Part shown: one piece after another, positions 22,701 to 36,400 of the stretch
How positions within the stretch are numbered: position 1 is the stretch's first letter
How the letters are laid out: every line of letters begins with the position of its first letter
Source: Azolla caroliniana
Taxonomy: Eukaryota; Plantae; Polypodiophyta
NCBI GenBank assembly: GCA_043228905.1
Contig: JBHGNT010000057.1
Span: 62,001 to 126,000 of the forward strand
Length of the DNA stretch: 64,000 nucleotides
Direction of reading: 5' to 3'
The notes under the pieces: generated by a model
Seen by the model: only the letters and a program-made list of their open reading frames with translations
Database searches by the model: none
Told to the model about the DNA's origin: nothing
Position numbers and translations under genes: made by a program

Positions 22701-25700
22701 ACCTGAGTTTCAAAATCTTGATTTTTTAATTCCATATGATAGCTAGCGTTGTTAGCTTCGATTCGCATGTTTGAACACAAAAATCCGATATCACACGAGC
22801 CAGGTATGAACATTTTAATTTACTCAAGGGCTCCTCTCAACTCCCTCCTCAAATGTGGTAATTTCGTCATGTCTCTCGACCTGAGTTTCAAAATCTTGAT
22901 TTTTTAATTCCATATCATAGCTAGCGTTGTTAGCTTCGATTCGCAAGTTTGAACACAAAAATCCGATATCACACGAGCCAGGTATGAACATTTTAATTTA
23001 CCTACTAGCTCTTCTCAACTCATTCCTCAAATTTGGTAATTTCGTCATGTCTCTCGACCTGAGTTTTAAAATCTTGATTTTTTAATTCCATATCATAGCT
23101 AGCGTTGTTAGCTTCGATTCGCAAGTTTGAACACAAAAATCCGATATCACACGAGCCAGGTATGAACATATTTTAATTTACTCAAGGGCTCCTCTCAACT
23201 TAGTCCTCAAATTTGGTAATTTCGTCATGTCTCTCGACCTGAGTTTCAAAATCTTGATTTTTTAATTCCATATCATAGCTAGCGTTGTTAGCTTCGATTC
23301 GCATTTTTGAACACAAAAATCCGATATCACACTCGCCAGGTATGAACATTTTAATTTACTCAAGGGTTCCGCTCAACTCCCTCCTCAAATTTGGTAATTT
23401 CGTCATGTCTCTCGACCTGAGTTTCAAAATCTTGATTTTTTAATTCCATATGATAGCTAGCGTTGTTAGCTTCGATTCGCTAGGTGGAACACAAAAATCC
23501 GATATCACACGAGCCAGGTATGAACATTTTAATTTACCTACTAGCTCTTCTCAACTCCCTCCTCAAATTATGTAATTTCGTCATGTCTCTCGACCTGAGC
23601 TTCAAAATCTTGATTTTTTAATTCCATATCATAGCTAGCGTTGTTAGCTTCGATTCGCAAGTTTGAACACAAAAATCCGATATCACACGAGCCAGGTATG
23701 AACATATTTTAATTTACACAAGGGCTCCTCTCAAGTCCCTCCTCAAATTTGGTAATTTCGTCATGTCTCTCGACCTGAGCTTCAAAATCTTGATTTTTTA
23801 ATTCCATATCATAGCTAGCGTTGTTAGCTTCGATTCGCAAGTTTGAACACAAAAATCCGATATCACACGAGCCAGGTATGAACATATTTTAATTTACTGA
23901 AGGGCTCCTCTCAACTTAGTCCTCAAATTTGGTAATTTCGTCATGTCTCTCGACCTGAGTTTCAAAATCTTGATTTTTTAATTCCATATGATAGCTAGCG
24001 TTGTTAGCTTCGATTCGCATGTTTGAACACAAAAAACCGATATCACACGAGCCAGGTATGAACATATTTTAATTTACTCAAGGGCTCCTCTCAACTTAGT
24101 CCTCAAATTTGGTAATTTCGTCATGTCTCTCGACCTGAGTTTCAAAATCTTGATTTTTTAATTCCATATCATAGCTAGCGTTGTTAGCTTCGATTCGCAA
24201 GTTTGAACACAAAAATCCGATATCACACGAGCTAGGTATGAACATATTTTAATTTACTCAAGGGCTCCTCTCAACTTAGTCCTCAAATTTGGTAATTTCG
24301 TCATGTATCTCGACCTGAGTTTCAAAATCTTGATTTTTTAATTCCATATGATAGCTAGCGTTGTTAGCTTCGATTCGCATGTTTGAACACAAAAATCCGA
24401 TATCACACGAGCCAGGTATGAACATTTTAATTTACCTACTAGCTCTTCTCAAGTCCCTCCTCAAATTATGTAATTTCATCATGTCTCTCGACCTGAGCTT
24501 CAAAATCTTGATTTTTTAATTCCATATCATAGCTAGCGTTGTTAGCTTCGATTCGCAAGTTTGAACACAAAAATCCGATATCACACGAGCCAGGTATGAA
24601 CATTTTAATTTACTCAAGGGCTCCTCTCAACTCCCTGCTCAAATTTGGTAATTTCGTCATGTCTCTCGACCTGAGCTTCAAAATCTTGATTTTTTAATTC
24701 CATATCATAGCTAGCGTTGTTAGCTTCGATTCGCAAGTTTGAACACAAAAATCCGATATCACACGAGCTAGGTATGAACATATTTTAATTTAATCAAGGG
24801 CTCCTCTCAACTTAGTCCTCAAATTTGGTAATTTCGTCATGTCTCTCGACCTGAGCTTCAAAATCTTGATTTTTTAATTCCATATCATAGCTAGCGTTGT
24901 TAGCTTCGATTCGCATGTTTGAACACAAAAATCCGATATCACACGAGCCAGGTATGAACATTTTAATTTACTCAAGGGCTCCTCTCAACTCCCTGCTCAA
25001 ATTTGGTAATTTCGTCATGTCTCTCGACCTGAGTTTCAAAATCTTGATTTTTTAATTCCATATCATAGCTAGCGTTGTTAGCTTCGATTCGCATGTTTGA
25101 ACACAAAAATCCGATATTACACGAGCCAGGTATGAACATTTTAATTTACTCAAGGGTTCCTCTCAACTCCCTCCTCAAATTTGGTAATTTCGTCATGTCT
25201 CTCGACCTGAGTTTCAAAATCTTAATTTTTTAATTCCATATCATAGCTAGCGTTGTTAGCTTCGATTCGCATGTTTGAATACAAAAATCCGATATCACAC
25301 GAGCCAGGTATGAACATTTTAATTTACTCAAGGGCTCCTTTGAACTCCCTCCTCAAATGTGGTAATTTCGTCATGTCTCTCGACCTGAGTTTCAAAATCT
25401 TGATTTTTCAAGTCCATATCATAGCTAGCGTTGTTAGCTTCGATTCGCAAGTTTGAACACAAAAATCCGATATCACACGAGCCAGGTATGAACATTTTAA
25501 TTTACCTACTAGCTCTTCTCAACTCATTCCTCAAATTTGGTAATTTCGTCATGTCTCTCGACCTGAGTTTTAAAATCTTGATTTTTTAATTCCATATCAT
25601 AGCTAGCGTTGTTAGCTTCGATTCACAAATTTGAACACAAAAATCCGATATCACACGAGCCAGGTATGAACATTTTAATTTACCTACTAGCTCTTCTCAA

Positions 25701-28600
25701 CTCATTCCTCAAATTTGGTAATTTCGTCATGTCTCTCGACTTGAGTTTTAAAATCTTGATTTTTTAATTCCATATCATAGCTAGCGTTGTTGGCTTCGAT
25801 TCGCATGTTTGAACACAAAAAGCCGATATCACACGAGCCAGGTATGAACATTTTAATTTACTCAAGGGCTCCTCTCAACTCCCTGCTCAAATTAGGTAAT
25901 TTCGTCATGTCTCTCGACCTGAGTTTCAAAATCTTGATTTTTTAATTCCATATCATAGCTAGCGTTGTTAGCTTCGATTCGCATGTTTGAACACAAAAAA
26001 CCGATATCACACTCGCCAGGTATGAACATTTTAATTTACTCAAGGGTTCCTCTCAACTCCCTCCTCAAATTTGGTAATTTCGTCTTGTCTCTCGACCTGA
26101 GTTTCAAAATCTTGATTTTTTAATTCCATATGATAGCTAGCGTTGTTAGCTTCGATTCGCATGTTTGAACACAAAAATCCGATATCACACGAGCCAGGTA
26201 TGAACATTTTAATTTACTCAAGGGCTCCTTTGAACTCCCTCCTCAAATGTGGTAATTTCGTCATGTCTCTCGACCTGAGTTTCAAAATCTTGATTTTTTA
26301 AGTCCATATCATAGCTAGCGTTGTTAGCTTCGATTCGCAAGTTTGAACACAAAAATCCGATATCACACGAGCCAGGTATGAACATTTTAATTTACCTACT
26401 AGCTCTTCTCAACTCATTCCTCAAATTTGGTAATTTCGTCATGTCTCTCGACTTGAGTTTAAAAATCTTGATTTTTTAATTCCATATGATAGCTAGCGTT
26501 GTTAGCTTCGATTCGCATGTTTGAACACAAAAATCCGATATCACACGAGCCAGGTATGAACATTTTAATTTACTCAAGGGCTCCTTTGAACTCCCTCCTC
26601 AAATGTGGTAATTTCGTCATGTCTCTCGACCTGAGTTTCAAAATCTTGATTTTTTAATTCCATATCATAGCTAGCGTTGTTAGCTTCGATTCGCATTTTT
26701 GAACACAAAAATCCGATATCACACTCGCCAGGTATGAACATTTTAATTTACTCAAGGGTTCCTCTCAACTCCCTCCTCAAATTTGGTAATTTCGTCATGT
26801 CTCTCGACCTGAGTTTCAAAATCTTGATTTTTTAATTCCATATGATAGCTAGCGTTGTTAGCTTCGATTCGCTAGGTGGAACACAAAAATCCGATATCAC
26901 ACGAGCCAGGTATGAACATTTTAATTTACCTACTAGCTCTTCTCAACTCCCTCCTCAAATTATGTAATTTCGTCATGTCTCTCGACCTGAGCTTCAAAAT
27001 CTTGATTTTTTAATTCCATATCATAGCTAGCGTTGTTAGCTTCGATTCGCAAGTTTGAACACAAAAATCCGATATCACACGAGCCAGGTATGAACATATT
27101 TTAATTTACACAAGGGCTCCTCTCAAGTCCCTCCTCAAATTTGGTAATTTCGTCATGTCTCTCGACCTGAGCTTCAAAATCTTGATTTTTTAATTCCATA
27201 TCATAGCTAGCGTTGTTAGATTCGATTCGCAAGTTTGAACACAAAAATCCGATATCACACGAGCCAGGTATGAACATATTTTAATTTACTGAAGGGCTCC
27301 TCTCAACTTAGTCCTCAAATTTGGTAATTTCGTCATGTCTCTCGACCTGAGTTTCAAAATCTTGATTTTTTAATTCCATATGATAGCTAGCGTTGTTAGC
27401 TTCGATTCGCATGTTTGAACACAAAAATCCGATATCACACGAGCCAGGTATGAACATTTTAATTTACTCAAGGGCTCCTCTCAACTCCCTCCTCAAATGT
27501 GGTAATTTCGTCATGTCTCTCGACCTGAGTTTCAAAATCTTGATTTTTTAATTCCATATCATAGCTAGCGTTGTTAGCTTCGATTCGCAAGTTTGAACAC
27601 AAAAATCCGATATCACACGAGCCAGGTATGAACATTTTAATTTACCTACTAGCTCTTCTCAACTCATTCCTCAAATTTGGTAATTTCGTCATGTCTCTCG
27701 ACCTGAGTTTTAAAATCTTGATTTTTTAATTCCATATCATAGCTAGCGTTGTTAGCTTCGATTCGCAAGTTTGAACACAAAAATCCGATATCACACGAGC
27801 CAGGTATGAACATATTTTAATTTACTCAAGGGCTCCTCTCAACTTAGTCCTCAAATTTGGTAATTTCGTCATGTCTCTCGACCTGAGTTTCAAAATCTTG
27901 ATTTTTTAATTCCATATCATAGCTAGCGTTGTTAGCTTCGATTCGCATTTTTGAACACAAAAATCCGATATCACACTCGCCAGGTATGAACATTTTAATT
28001 TACTCAAGGGTTCCGCTCAACTCCCTCCTCAAATTTGGTAATTTCGTCATGTCTCTCGACCTGAGTTTCAAAATCTTGATTTTTTAATTCCATATGATAG
28101 CTAGCGTTGTTAGCTTCGATTCGCTAGGTGGAACACAAAAATCCGATATCACACGAGCCAGGTATGAACATTTTAATTTACCTACTAGCTCTTCTCAACT
28201 CCCTCCTCAAATTATGTAATTTCGTCATGTCTCTCGACCTGAGCTTCAAAATCTTGATTTTTTAATTCCATATCATAGCTAGCGTTGTTAGCTTCGATTC
28301 GCAAGTTTGAACACAAAAATCCGATATCACACGAGCCAGGTATGAACATATTTTAATTTACACAAGGGCTCCTCTCAAGTCCCTCCTCAAATTTGGTAAT
28401 TTCGTCATGTCTCTCGACCTGAGCTTCAAAATCTTGATTTTTTAATTCCATATCATAGCTAGCGTTGTTAGCTTCGATTCGCAAGTTTGAACACAAAAAT
28501 CCGATATAACACGAGCCAGGTATGAACATATTTTAATTTACTCAAGGGCTCCTCTCAACTTAGTCCTCAAATTTGGTAATTTCGTCATGTCTCTCGACCT
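19360..28600. repeat. Tandem duplication of a 26-monomer block (4644 bp); boundaries approximate
   Basis: Identical spurious ORFs occur at 20609 and 25253, and private variant TTCCGCTCAA at 23367 and 28011, both 4644 bp apart. Variants TTCACAAATT and CAAATTAGG are also paired. Confidence 0.88.
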
Positions 28601-29749
28601 GAGTTTCAAAATCTTGATTTTTTAATTCCATATGATAGCTAGCGTTGTTAGCTTCGATTCGCATGTTTGAACACAAAACTCCGATATCACACGAGCCAGG
28701 TATGAACATTTTAATTTACTCAAGGGCTCCTCTCAACTCCCTCCTCAAATGTGGTAATTTCGTCATGTCTCTCGACCTGAGTTTCAAAATCTTGATTTTT
28801 TAATTCCATATCATAGCTAGCGTTGTTAGCTTCGATTCGCAAGTTTGAACACAAAAATCCGATATCACACGAGCCAGGTATGAACATTTTAATTTACCTA
28901 CTAGCTCTTCTCAACTCATTCCTCAAATTTGGTAATTTCGTCATGTCTCTCGACCTGAGTTTTAAAATCTTGATTTTTTAATTCCATATCATAGCTAGCG
29001 TTGTTAGCTTCGATTCGCAAGTTTGAACACAAAAATCCGATATCACACGAGCCAGGTATGAACATATTTTAATTTACTCAAGGGCTCCTCTCAACTTAGT
29101 CCTCAAATTTGGTAATTTCGTCATGTCTCTCGACCTGAGTTTCAAAATCTTGATTTTTTAATTCCATATGATAGCTAGCGTTGTTAGCTTCCATTCGCAT
29201 GTTTGAACACAAAAATCCGATATCACACTCGCCAGGTATGAACATTTTAATTTACTCAAGGGTTCCTCTCAACTCCCTCCTCAAATTTGGTAATTTCGTC
29301 ATGTCTCTCGACCTGAGTTTCAAAATCTTGATTTTTTAATTCCATATGATAGCTAGCGTTGTTAGCTTCGATTCGCTAGGTGGAACACAAAAATCCGATA
29401 TCACACGAGCCAGGTATGAACATTTTAATTTACCTACTAGCTCTTCTCAAGTCCCTCCTCAAATTATGTAATTTCGTCATGTCTCTCGACCTGAGCTTCA
29501 AAATCTTGATTTTTTAATTCCATATCATAGCTAGCGTTGTTAGCTTCGATTCGCAAGTTTGAACACAAAAATCCGATATCACACGAGCCAGGTATGAACA
29601 TATTTTAATTTACACAAGGGCTCCTCTCAAGTCCCTCCTCAAATTTGGTAATTTCGTCATGTCTCTCGACCTGAGCTTCAAAATCTTGATTTTTTAATTC
29701 CATATCATAGCTAGCGTTGTTAGCTTCGATTCGCAAGTTTGAACACAAA

Positions 29750-32700
29750 AATCCGATATCACACGAGCCAGGTATGAACATATTTTAATTTACTCAAGGG
29801 CTCCTCTCAACTTAGTCCTCAAATTTGGTAATTTCGTCATGTCTCTCGACCTGAGTTTCAAAATCTTGATTTTTTAATTCCATATGATAGCTAGCGTTGT
29901 TAGCTTCGATTCGCATGTTTGAACACAAAAATCCGATATCACACGAGCCAGGTATGAACATTTTAATTTACTCAAGGGCTCCTCTCAACTCCCTCCTCAA
30001 ATGTGGTAATTTCGTCATGTCTCTCGACCTGAGTTTCAAAATTTTGATTTTTTAATTCCATATCATAGCTAGCGTTGTTAGCTTCGATTCGCAAGTTTGA
30101 ACACAAAAATCCGATATCACACGAGCCAGGTATGAACATTTTAATTTACCTACTAGCTCTTCTCAACTCATTCCTCAAATTTGGTAATTTCGTCATGTCT
30201 CTCGACCTGAGTTTTAAAATCTTGATTTTTTAATTCCATATCATAGCTAGCGTTGTTAGCTTCGATTCGCAAGTTTGAACACAAAAATCCGATATCACAC
30301 GAGCCAGGTATGAACATATTTTCATTTACTCAAGGGCTCCTCTCAACTTAGTCCTCAAATTTGGTAATTTCGTCATGTCTCTCGACCTGAGTTTCAAAAT
30401 CTTGATTTTTTAATTCCATATGATAGCTAGCGTTGTTAGCTTCCATTCGCATGTTTGAACACAAAAATCCGATATCACACTCGCCAGGTATGAACATTTT
30501 AATTTACTCAAGGGTTCCTCTCAACTCCCTCCTCAAATTTGGTAATTTCGTCATGTCTCTCGACCTGAGTTTCAAAATCTTGATTTTTTAATTCCATATC
30601 ATAGCTAGCGTTGTTAGCTTCGATTCGCTAGGTGGAACACAAAAATCCGATATCACACGAGCCAGGTATGAACATTTTAATTTACCTACTAGCTCTTCTC
30701 AAGTCCCTCCTCAAATTATGTAATTTCGTCATGTCTCTCGACCTGAGCTTCAAAATCTTGATTTTTTAATTCCATATCATAGCTAGCGTTGTTAGCTTCG
30801 ATTCGCAAGTTTGAACACAAAAATCCGATATCACACGAGCCAGGTATGAACATTTTAATTTACCTACTAGCTCTTCTCAACTCATTCCTCAAATGTGGTA
30901 ATTTCGTCATGTCTCTCGACCTGAGTTTCAAAATCTTGATATTTTAATTGCATATGATAGCTAGCGTTGTTAGCTTCGATTCGCATGTTTGAACACAAAA
31001 ATCCGATATCACACTCGCCAGGTATGAACATTTTAATTTACTCAAGGGTTCCTCTCAACTCCCTCCTCAAATTTGGTAATTTCGTCATGTCTCTCGACCT
31101 GAGTTTCAAAATCTTGATTTTTTAATTCCATATGATAGCTAGCGTTGTTAGCTTCGATTCGCATGTTTGAACACAAAAATCCGATATCACACGAGCCAGG
31201 TATGAACATTTTAATTTACTCAAGGGCTCCTCTCAACTCCCTGCTCAAATTTGGTAATTTCGTCATGTCTCTCGACCTGAGCTTCAAAATCTTGATTTTT
31301 TAATTCCATATCATAGCTAGCGTTGTTAGCTTCGATTCGCAAGTTTGAACACAAAAATCCGATATCACACGAGCCAGGTATGAACATATTTTAATTTACT
31401 CAAGGGCTCCTCTCAACTTAGTCCTCAAATTTGGTAATTTCGTCATGTCTCTCGACCTGAGTTTTAAAATCTTGATTTTTTAATTCCATATCATAGCTAG
31501 CGTTGTTAGCTTCGATTCGCAAGTTTGAACACAAAAATCCGATATCACACGAGCCAGGTATGAACATATTTTAATTTACTCAAGGGCTCCTCTCAACTTA
31601 GTCCTCAAATTTGGTAATTTCGTCATGTCTCTCGACCTGAGTTTCAAAATCTTGATTTTTTAATTCCATATGATAGCTAGCGTTGTTAGCTTCGATTCGC
31701 ATGTTTGAACACAAAAATCCGATATCACACGAGCCAGGTATGAACATTTTAATTTACTCAAGGGCTCCTCTCAACTCCCTCCTCAAATGTGGTAATTTCG
31801 TCATGTCTCTCGACCTGAGTTTCAAAATTTTGATTTTTTAATTCCATATCATAGCTAGCGTTGTTAGCTTCGATTCGCAAGTTTGAACACAAAAATCCGA
31901 TATCACACGAGCCAGGTATGAACATTTTAATTTACCTACTAGCTCTTCTCAACTCATTCCTCAAATTTGGTAATTTCGTCATGTCTCTCGACCTGAGTTT
32001 TAAAATCTTGATTTTTTAATTCCATATCATAGCTAGCGTTGTTAGCTTCGATTCGCAAGTTTGAACACAAAAATCCGATATCACACGAGCCAGGTATGAA
32101 CATATTTTAATTTACTCAAGGGCTCCTCTCAACTTAGTCCTCAAATTTGGTAATTTCGTCATGTCTCTCGACCTGAGTTTCAAAATCTTGATATTTTAAT
32201 TCCATATGATAGCTAGCGTTGTTAGCTTCCATTCGCATGTTTGAACACAAAAATCCGATATCACACTCGCCAGGTATGAACATTTTAATTTACTCAAGGG
32301 TTCCTCTCAACTCCCTCCTCAAATTTGGTAATTTCGTCATGTCTCTCGACCTGAGTTTCAAAATCTTGATTTTTTAATTCCATATCATAGCTAGCGTTGT
32401 TAGCTTCGATTCGCTAGGTGGAACACAAAAATCCGATATCACACGAGCCAGGTATGAACATTTTAATTTACCTACTAGCTCTTCTCAAGTCCCTCCTCAA
32501 ATTATGTAATTTCGTCATGTCTCTCGACCTGAGCTTCAAAATCTTGATTTTTTAATTCCATATCATAGCTAGCGTTGTTAGCTTCGATTCGCAAGTTTGA
32601 ACACAAAAATCCGATATCACACGAGCCAGGTATGAACATTTTAATTTACCTACTAGCTCTTCTCAACTCATTCCTCAAATGTGGTAATTTCGTCATGTCT

Positions 32701-33450
32701 CTCGACCTGAGTTTCAAAATCTTGATATTTTAATTGCATATGATAGCTAGCGTTGTTAGCTTCGATTCGCATGTTTGAACACAAAAATCCGATATCACAC
32801 TCGCCAGGTATGAACATTTTAATTTACTCAAGGGTTCCTCTCAACTCCCTCCTCAAATTTGGTAATTTCGTCATGTCTCTCGACCTGAGTTTCAAAATCT
32901 TGATTTTTTAATTCCATATGATAGCTAGCGTTGTTAGCTTCGATTCGCATGTTTGAACACAAAAATCCGATATCACACGAGCCAGGTATGAACATTTTAA
33001 TTTACTCAAGGGCTCCTCTCAACTCCCTGCTCAAATTTGGTAATTTCGTCATGTCTCTCGACCTGAGCTTCAAAATCTTGATTTTTTAATTCCATATCAT
33101 AGCTAGCGTTGTTAGCTTCGATTCGCAAGTTTGAACACAAAAATCCGATATCACACGAGCCAGGTATGAACATATTTTAATTTACTCAAGGGCTCCTCTC
33201 AACTTAGTCCTCAAATTTGGTAATTTCGTCATGTCTCTCGACCTGAGTTTTAAAATCTTGATTTTTTAATTCCATATCATAGCTAGCGTTGTTAGCTTCG
33301 ATTCGCAAGTTTGAACACAAAAATCCGATATCACACGAGCCAGGTATGAACATATTTTAATTTACTCAAGGGCTCCTCTCAACTTAGTCCTCAAATTTGG
33401 TAATTTCGTCATGTCTCTCGACCTGAGTTTCAAAATCTTGATTTTTTAAT
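29750..33450. repeat. Tandem duplication of a 10-monomer block (1786 bp); boundaries approximate
   Basis: TTCAAAATTTTG (30035, 31821) and ATTTTAATTGCATATG (30941, 32727) recur 1786 bp apart. Confidence 0.8.
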
Positions 33451-36400
33451 TCCATATGATAGCTAGCGTTGTTAGCTTCGATTCGCTAGTTGGAACACAA
33501 AAATCCGATATCACACGATCCAGGTATGAACATTTTAATTTACCTACTAGCTCCTCTAAACTCCCTCCTCAAATGTGGTAATTTCGTCATGTCTCTCGAC
33601 CTGAGTTTCAAAATCTTGATTTTTTAATTCCATATCATAGCCTGCATTGTTAGCTTCGATTCGCAAGTTTGAACACAAAAATCCGATATCATACGAGCCA
33701 GGTATGAACATTTTAATTTACCTACTAGCTCTTCTCAACTCATTCCTCAAATTTGGTAATTTCGTCATGTCTCTCGATTTGAGTTTAAAAATCTTGATTT
33801 TTTAATTCCATATGATAGCTAGCGTTGTTAGCTTCGATTCGCATGTTTGAACACAAAAATCCGATATCACACGAGCCAGGTATGAACATTTTAATTTACT
33901 CAAGGGTTCCTCTCAACTCCCTCCTCAAATTTGGTAATTTCGTCATGTCTCTCGACCTGAGTTTTAAAACCTTGATTTTTTAATTCCATATCATAGCTAG
34001 CGTTGTTAGCTTTGATTCGCAAGTTTGAACACAAAAATCCTATATCACACGATCCAGGTATGAACATTGTAATTTACCTACTAGCTCCTCTAAACTCCCT
34101 CCTCAAATTATGTAATTTCGTCATGTCTCTCGACCTGAGTTTCAAAATCTTAATTTACCTACTAGCCAGGTATGAACATTTTAATTTACCTACTAGCTCT
34201 TCTCAACTCATTCCTCAAATTTGGTAATTTCGTCATGTCTCTCGACCTGAGTTTTAAAATCTTGATTTTTTAATTCCATATCATAGCTAGCGTTGTTAGC
34301 TTCGATTCGCAAGTTTGAACACAAAAATCCGATATCACACGAGCCAGGTATGAACATTTTAATTTACTCAAGGGCTCCTTTGAAGTCCCTCCTCAACTGT
34401 GGTAATTTCGTCATGGCTCTCGACCTGAGTTTTAAAATCTTGATTTTTTAATTCCATATCATAGCTAGCGTTGTTAGCTTCGATTCGCATGTTTGAACAC
34501 AAAAATCCGATATCACACGAGCCAGGTATGAACATTTTAATTTACCTACTAGCTCTTCTCAAGTCCCTCCTCAAATTATGTAATTTCGTCATGTCTCTCG
34601 ACCTGAGCTTCAAAATCTTGATTTTTTAATTCCATATCATAGCTAGTGTTGTTAGCTTCGATTCGCAAGTTTGAACACAAAAATCCGATATCACACGAGC
34701 CAGGTATGAACACATTTTAATTTACTCAAGGGCTCCTCTCAACCTCCCTGCTCAAATTTGGTAATTTCGTCATGTCTCTCGACCTGAGTTTCAAAATCTT
34801 GATTTTTTAATTCCATATCATAGCTAGCGTTGTTAGCTTCGATTCGCATGTTTGAACACAAAAATCCGATATCACACGAGCCAGGTATGAACATTTTCAT
34901 TTACTCAAGGGCTCCTCTCAACTCCCTGCTCAAATTTGGTAATTTCGTCATGTCTCTCGACCTGAGTTTCAAAATCTTGATTTTTTAATTCCATATCATA
35001 GCTAGCGTTGTTAGCTTCGATTCGCAAGTTTGAACACAAAAATCCGATATCACACGAGCCAGGTATGAACATATTTTAATTTACTCAAGGGCTCCTCTCA
35101 ACTTAGTCCTCAAATTTGGTAATTTCGTCATGTCTCTCCACCTGAGTTTCAAAATCTTGATTTTTTAATTCCATATGATAGCTAGCGTTGTTAGCTTCGA
35201 TTCGCATGTTTGAACACAAAAATCCGATATCACACGAGCCAGGTATGAACATTTTAATTTACTCAAGGGCTCCTCTCAACTCCCTGCTCAAATTTGGTAA
35301 TTTCGTCATGTCTCTCGACCTGAGTTTCAAAATCTTGATTTTTTAATTCCATATGATAGCTAGCGTTGTTAGCTTCGATTCGCATGTTTGAACACAAAAA
35401 TCCGATATCACACGAGCCAGGTATGAACATTTTAATTTACTCAAGGGCTCCTCTCAACTCCCTGCTCAAATTTGGTAATTTCGTCATGTCTCTCGACCTG
35501 AGTTTCAAAATCTTGATATTTTAATTGCATATGATAGCTAGCGTTGTTAGCTTCGATTCGCATGTTTGAACACAAAAATCCGATATCACACTCGCCAGGT
35601 ATGAACATTTTAATTTACTCAAGGGTTCCTCTCAACTCCCTCCTCAAATTTGGTAATTTCGTCATGTCTCTCGACCTGAGTTTCAAAATCTTGATTTTTT
35701 AATTCCATATCATACCTAGCGTTGTTAGCTTCGATTCGCAAGTTTGAACACAAAAATCCGATATCACACGAGCCAGGTATGAACATATTTTAATTTACTC
35801 AAGGGCTCCTCTCAACTTAGTCCTCAAATTTGGTAATTTCGTCATGTCTCTCGACCTGAGTTTCAAAATCTTGATTTTTTAATTCCATATCATAGCTAGC
35901 GTTGTTAGCTTCGATTCGCATGTTTGAATACAAAAATCCGATATCACACGAGCCAGGTATGAACATTTTAATTTACTCAAGGGCTCCTTTGAACTCCCTC
36001 CTCAAATGTGGTAATTTCGTCATGTCTCTCGACCTGAGTTTCAAAATCTTGATTTTTTAAATTCCATATCATAGCTAGCGTTGTTGGCTTCGATTCGCAT
36101 GTTTGAATACAAAAATCCGATATCACACGAGCCAGGTATGAACATTTTAATTTACTCAAGGGTTCCTCTCAACTCCCTCCTCAAATTTGGTAATTTCGTC
36201 ATGTCTCTCGACCTGAGTTTCAAAATCTTGATTTTTTAATTCCATATCATAGCTAGCGTTGTTAGCTTCGATTCGCAAGTTTGAACACAAAAATCCGATA
36301 TCACACGAGCCAGGTATGAACATATTTTAATTTACTCAAGGGCTCCTCTCAACTTAGTCCTCAAATTTGGTAATTTCGTCATGTCTCTCGACCTGAGTTT

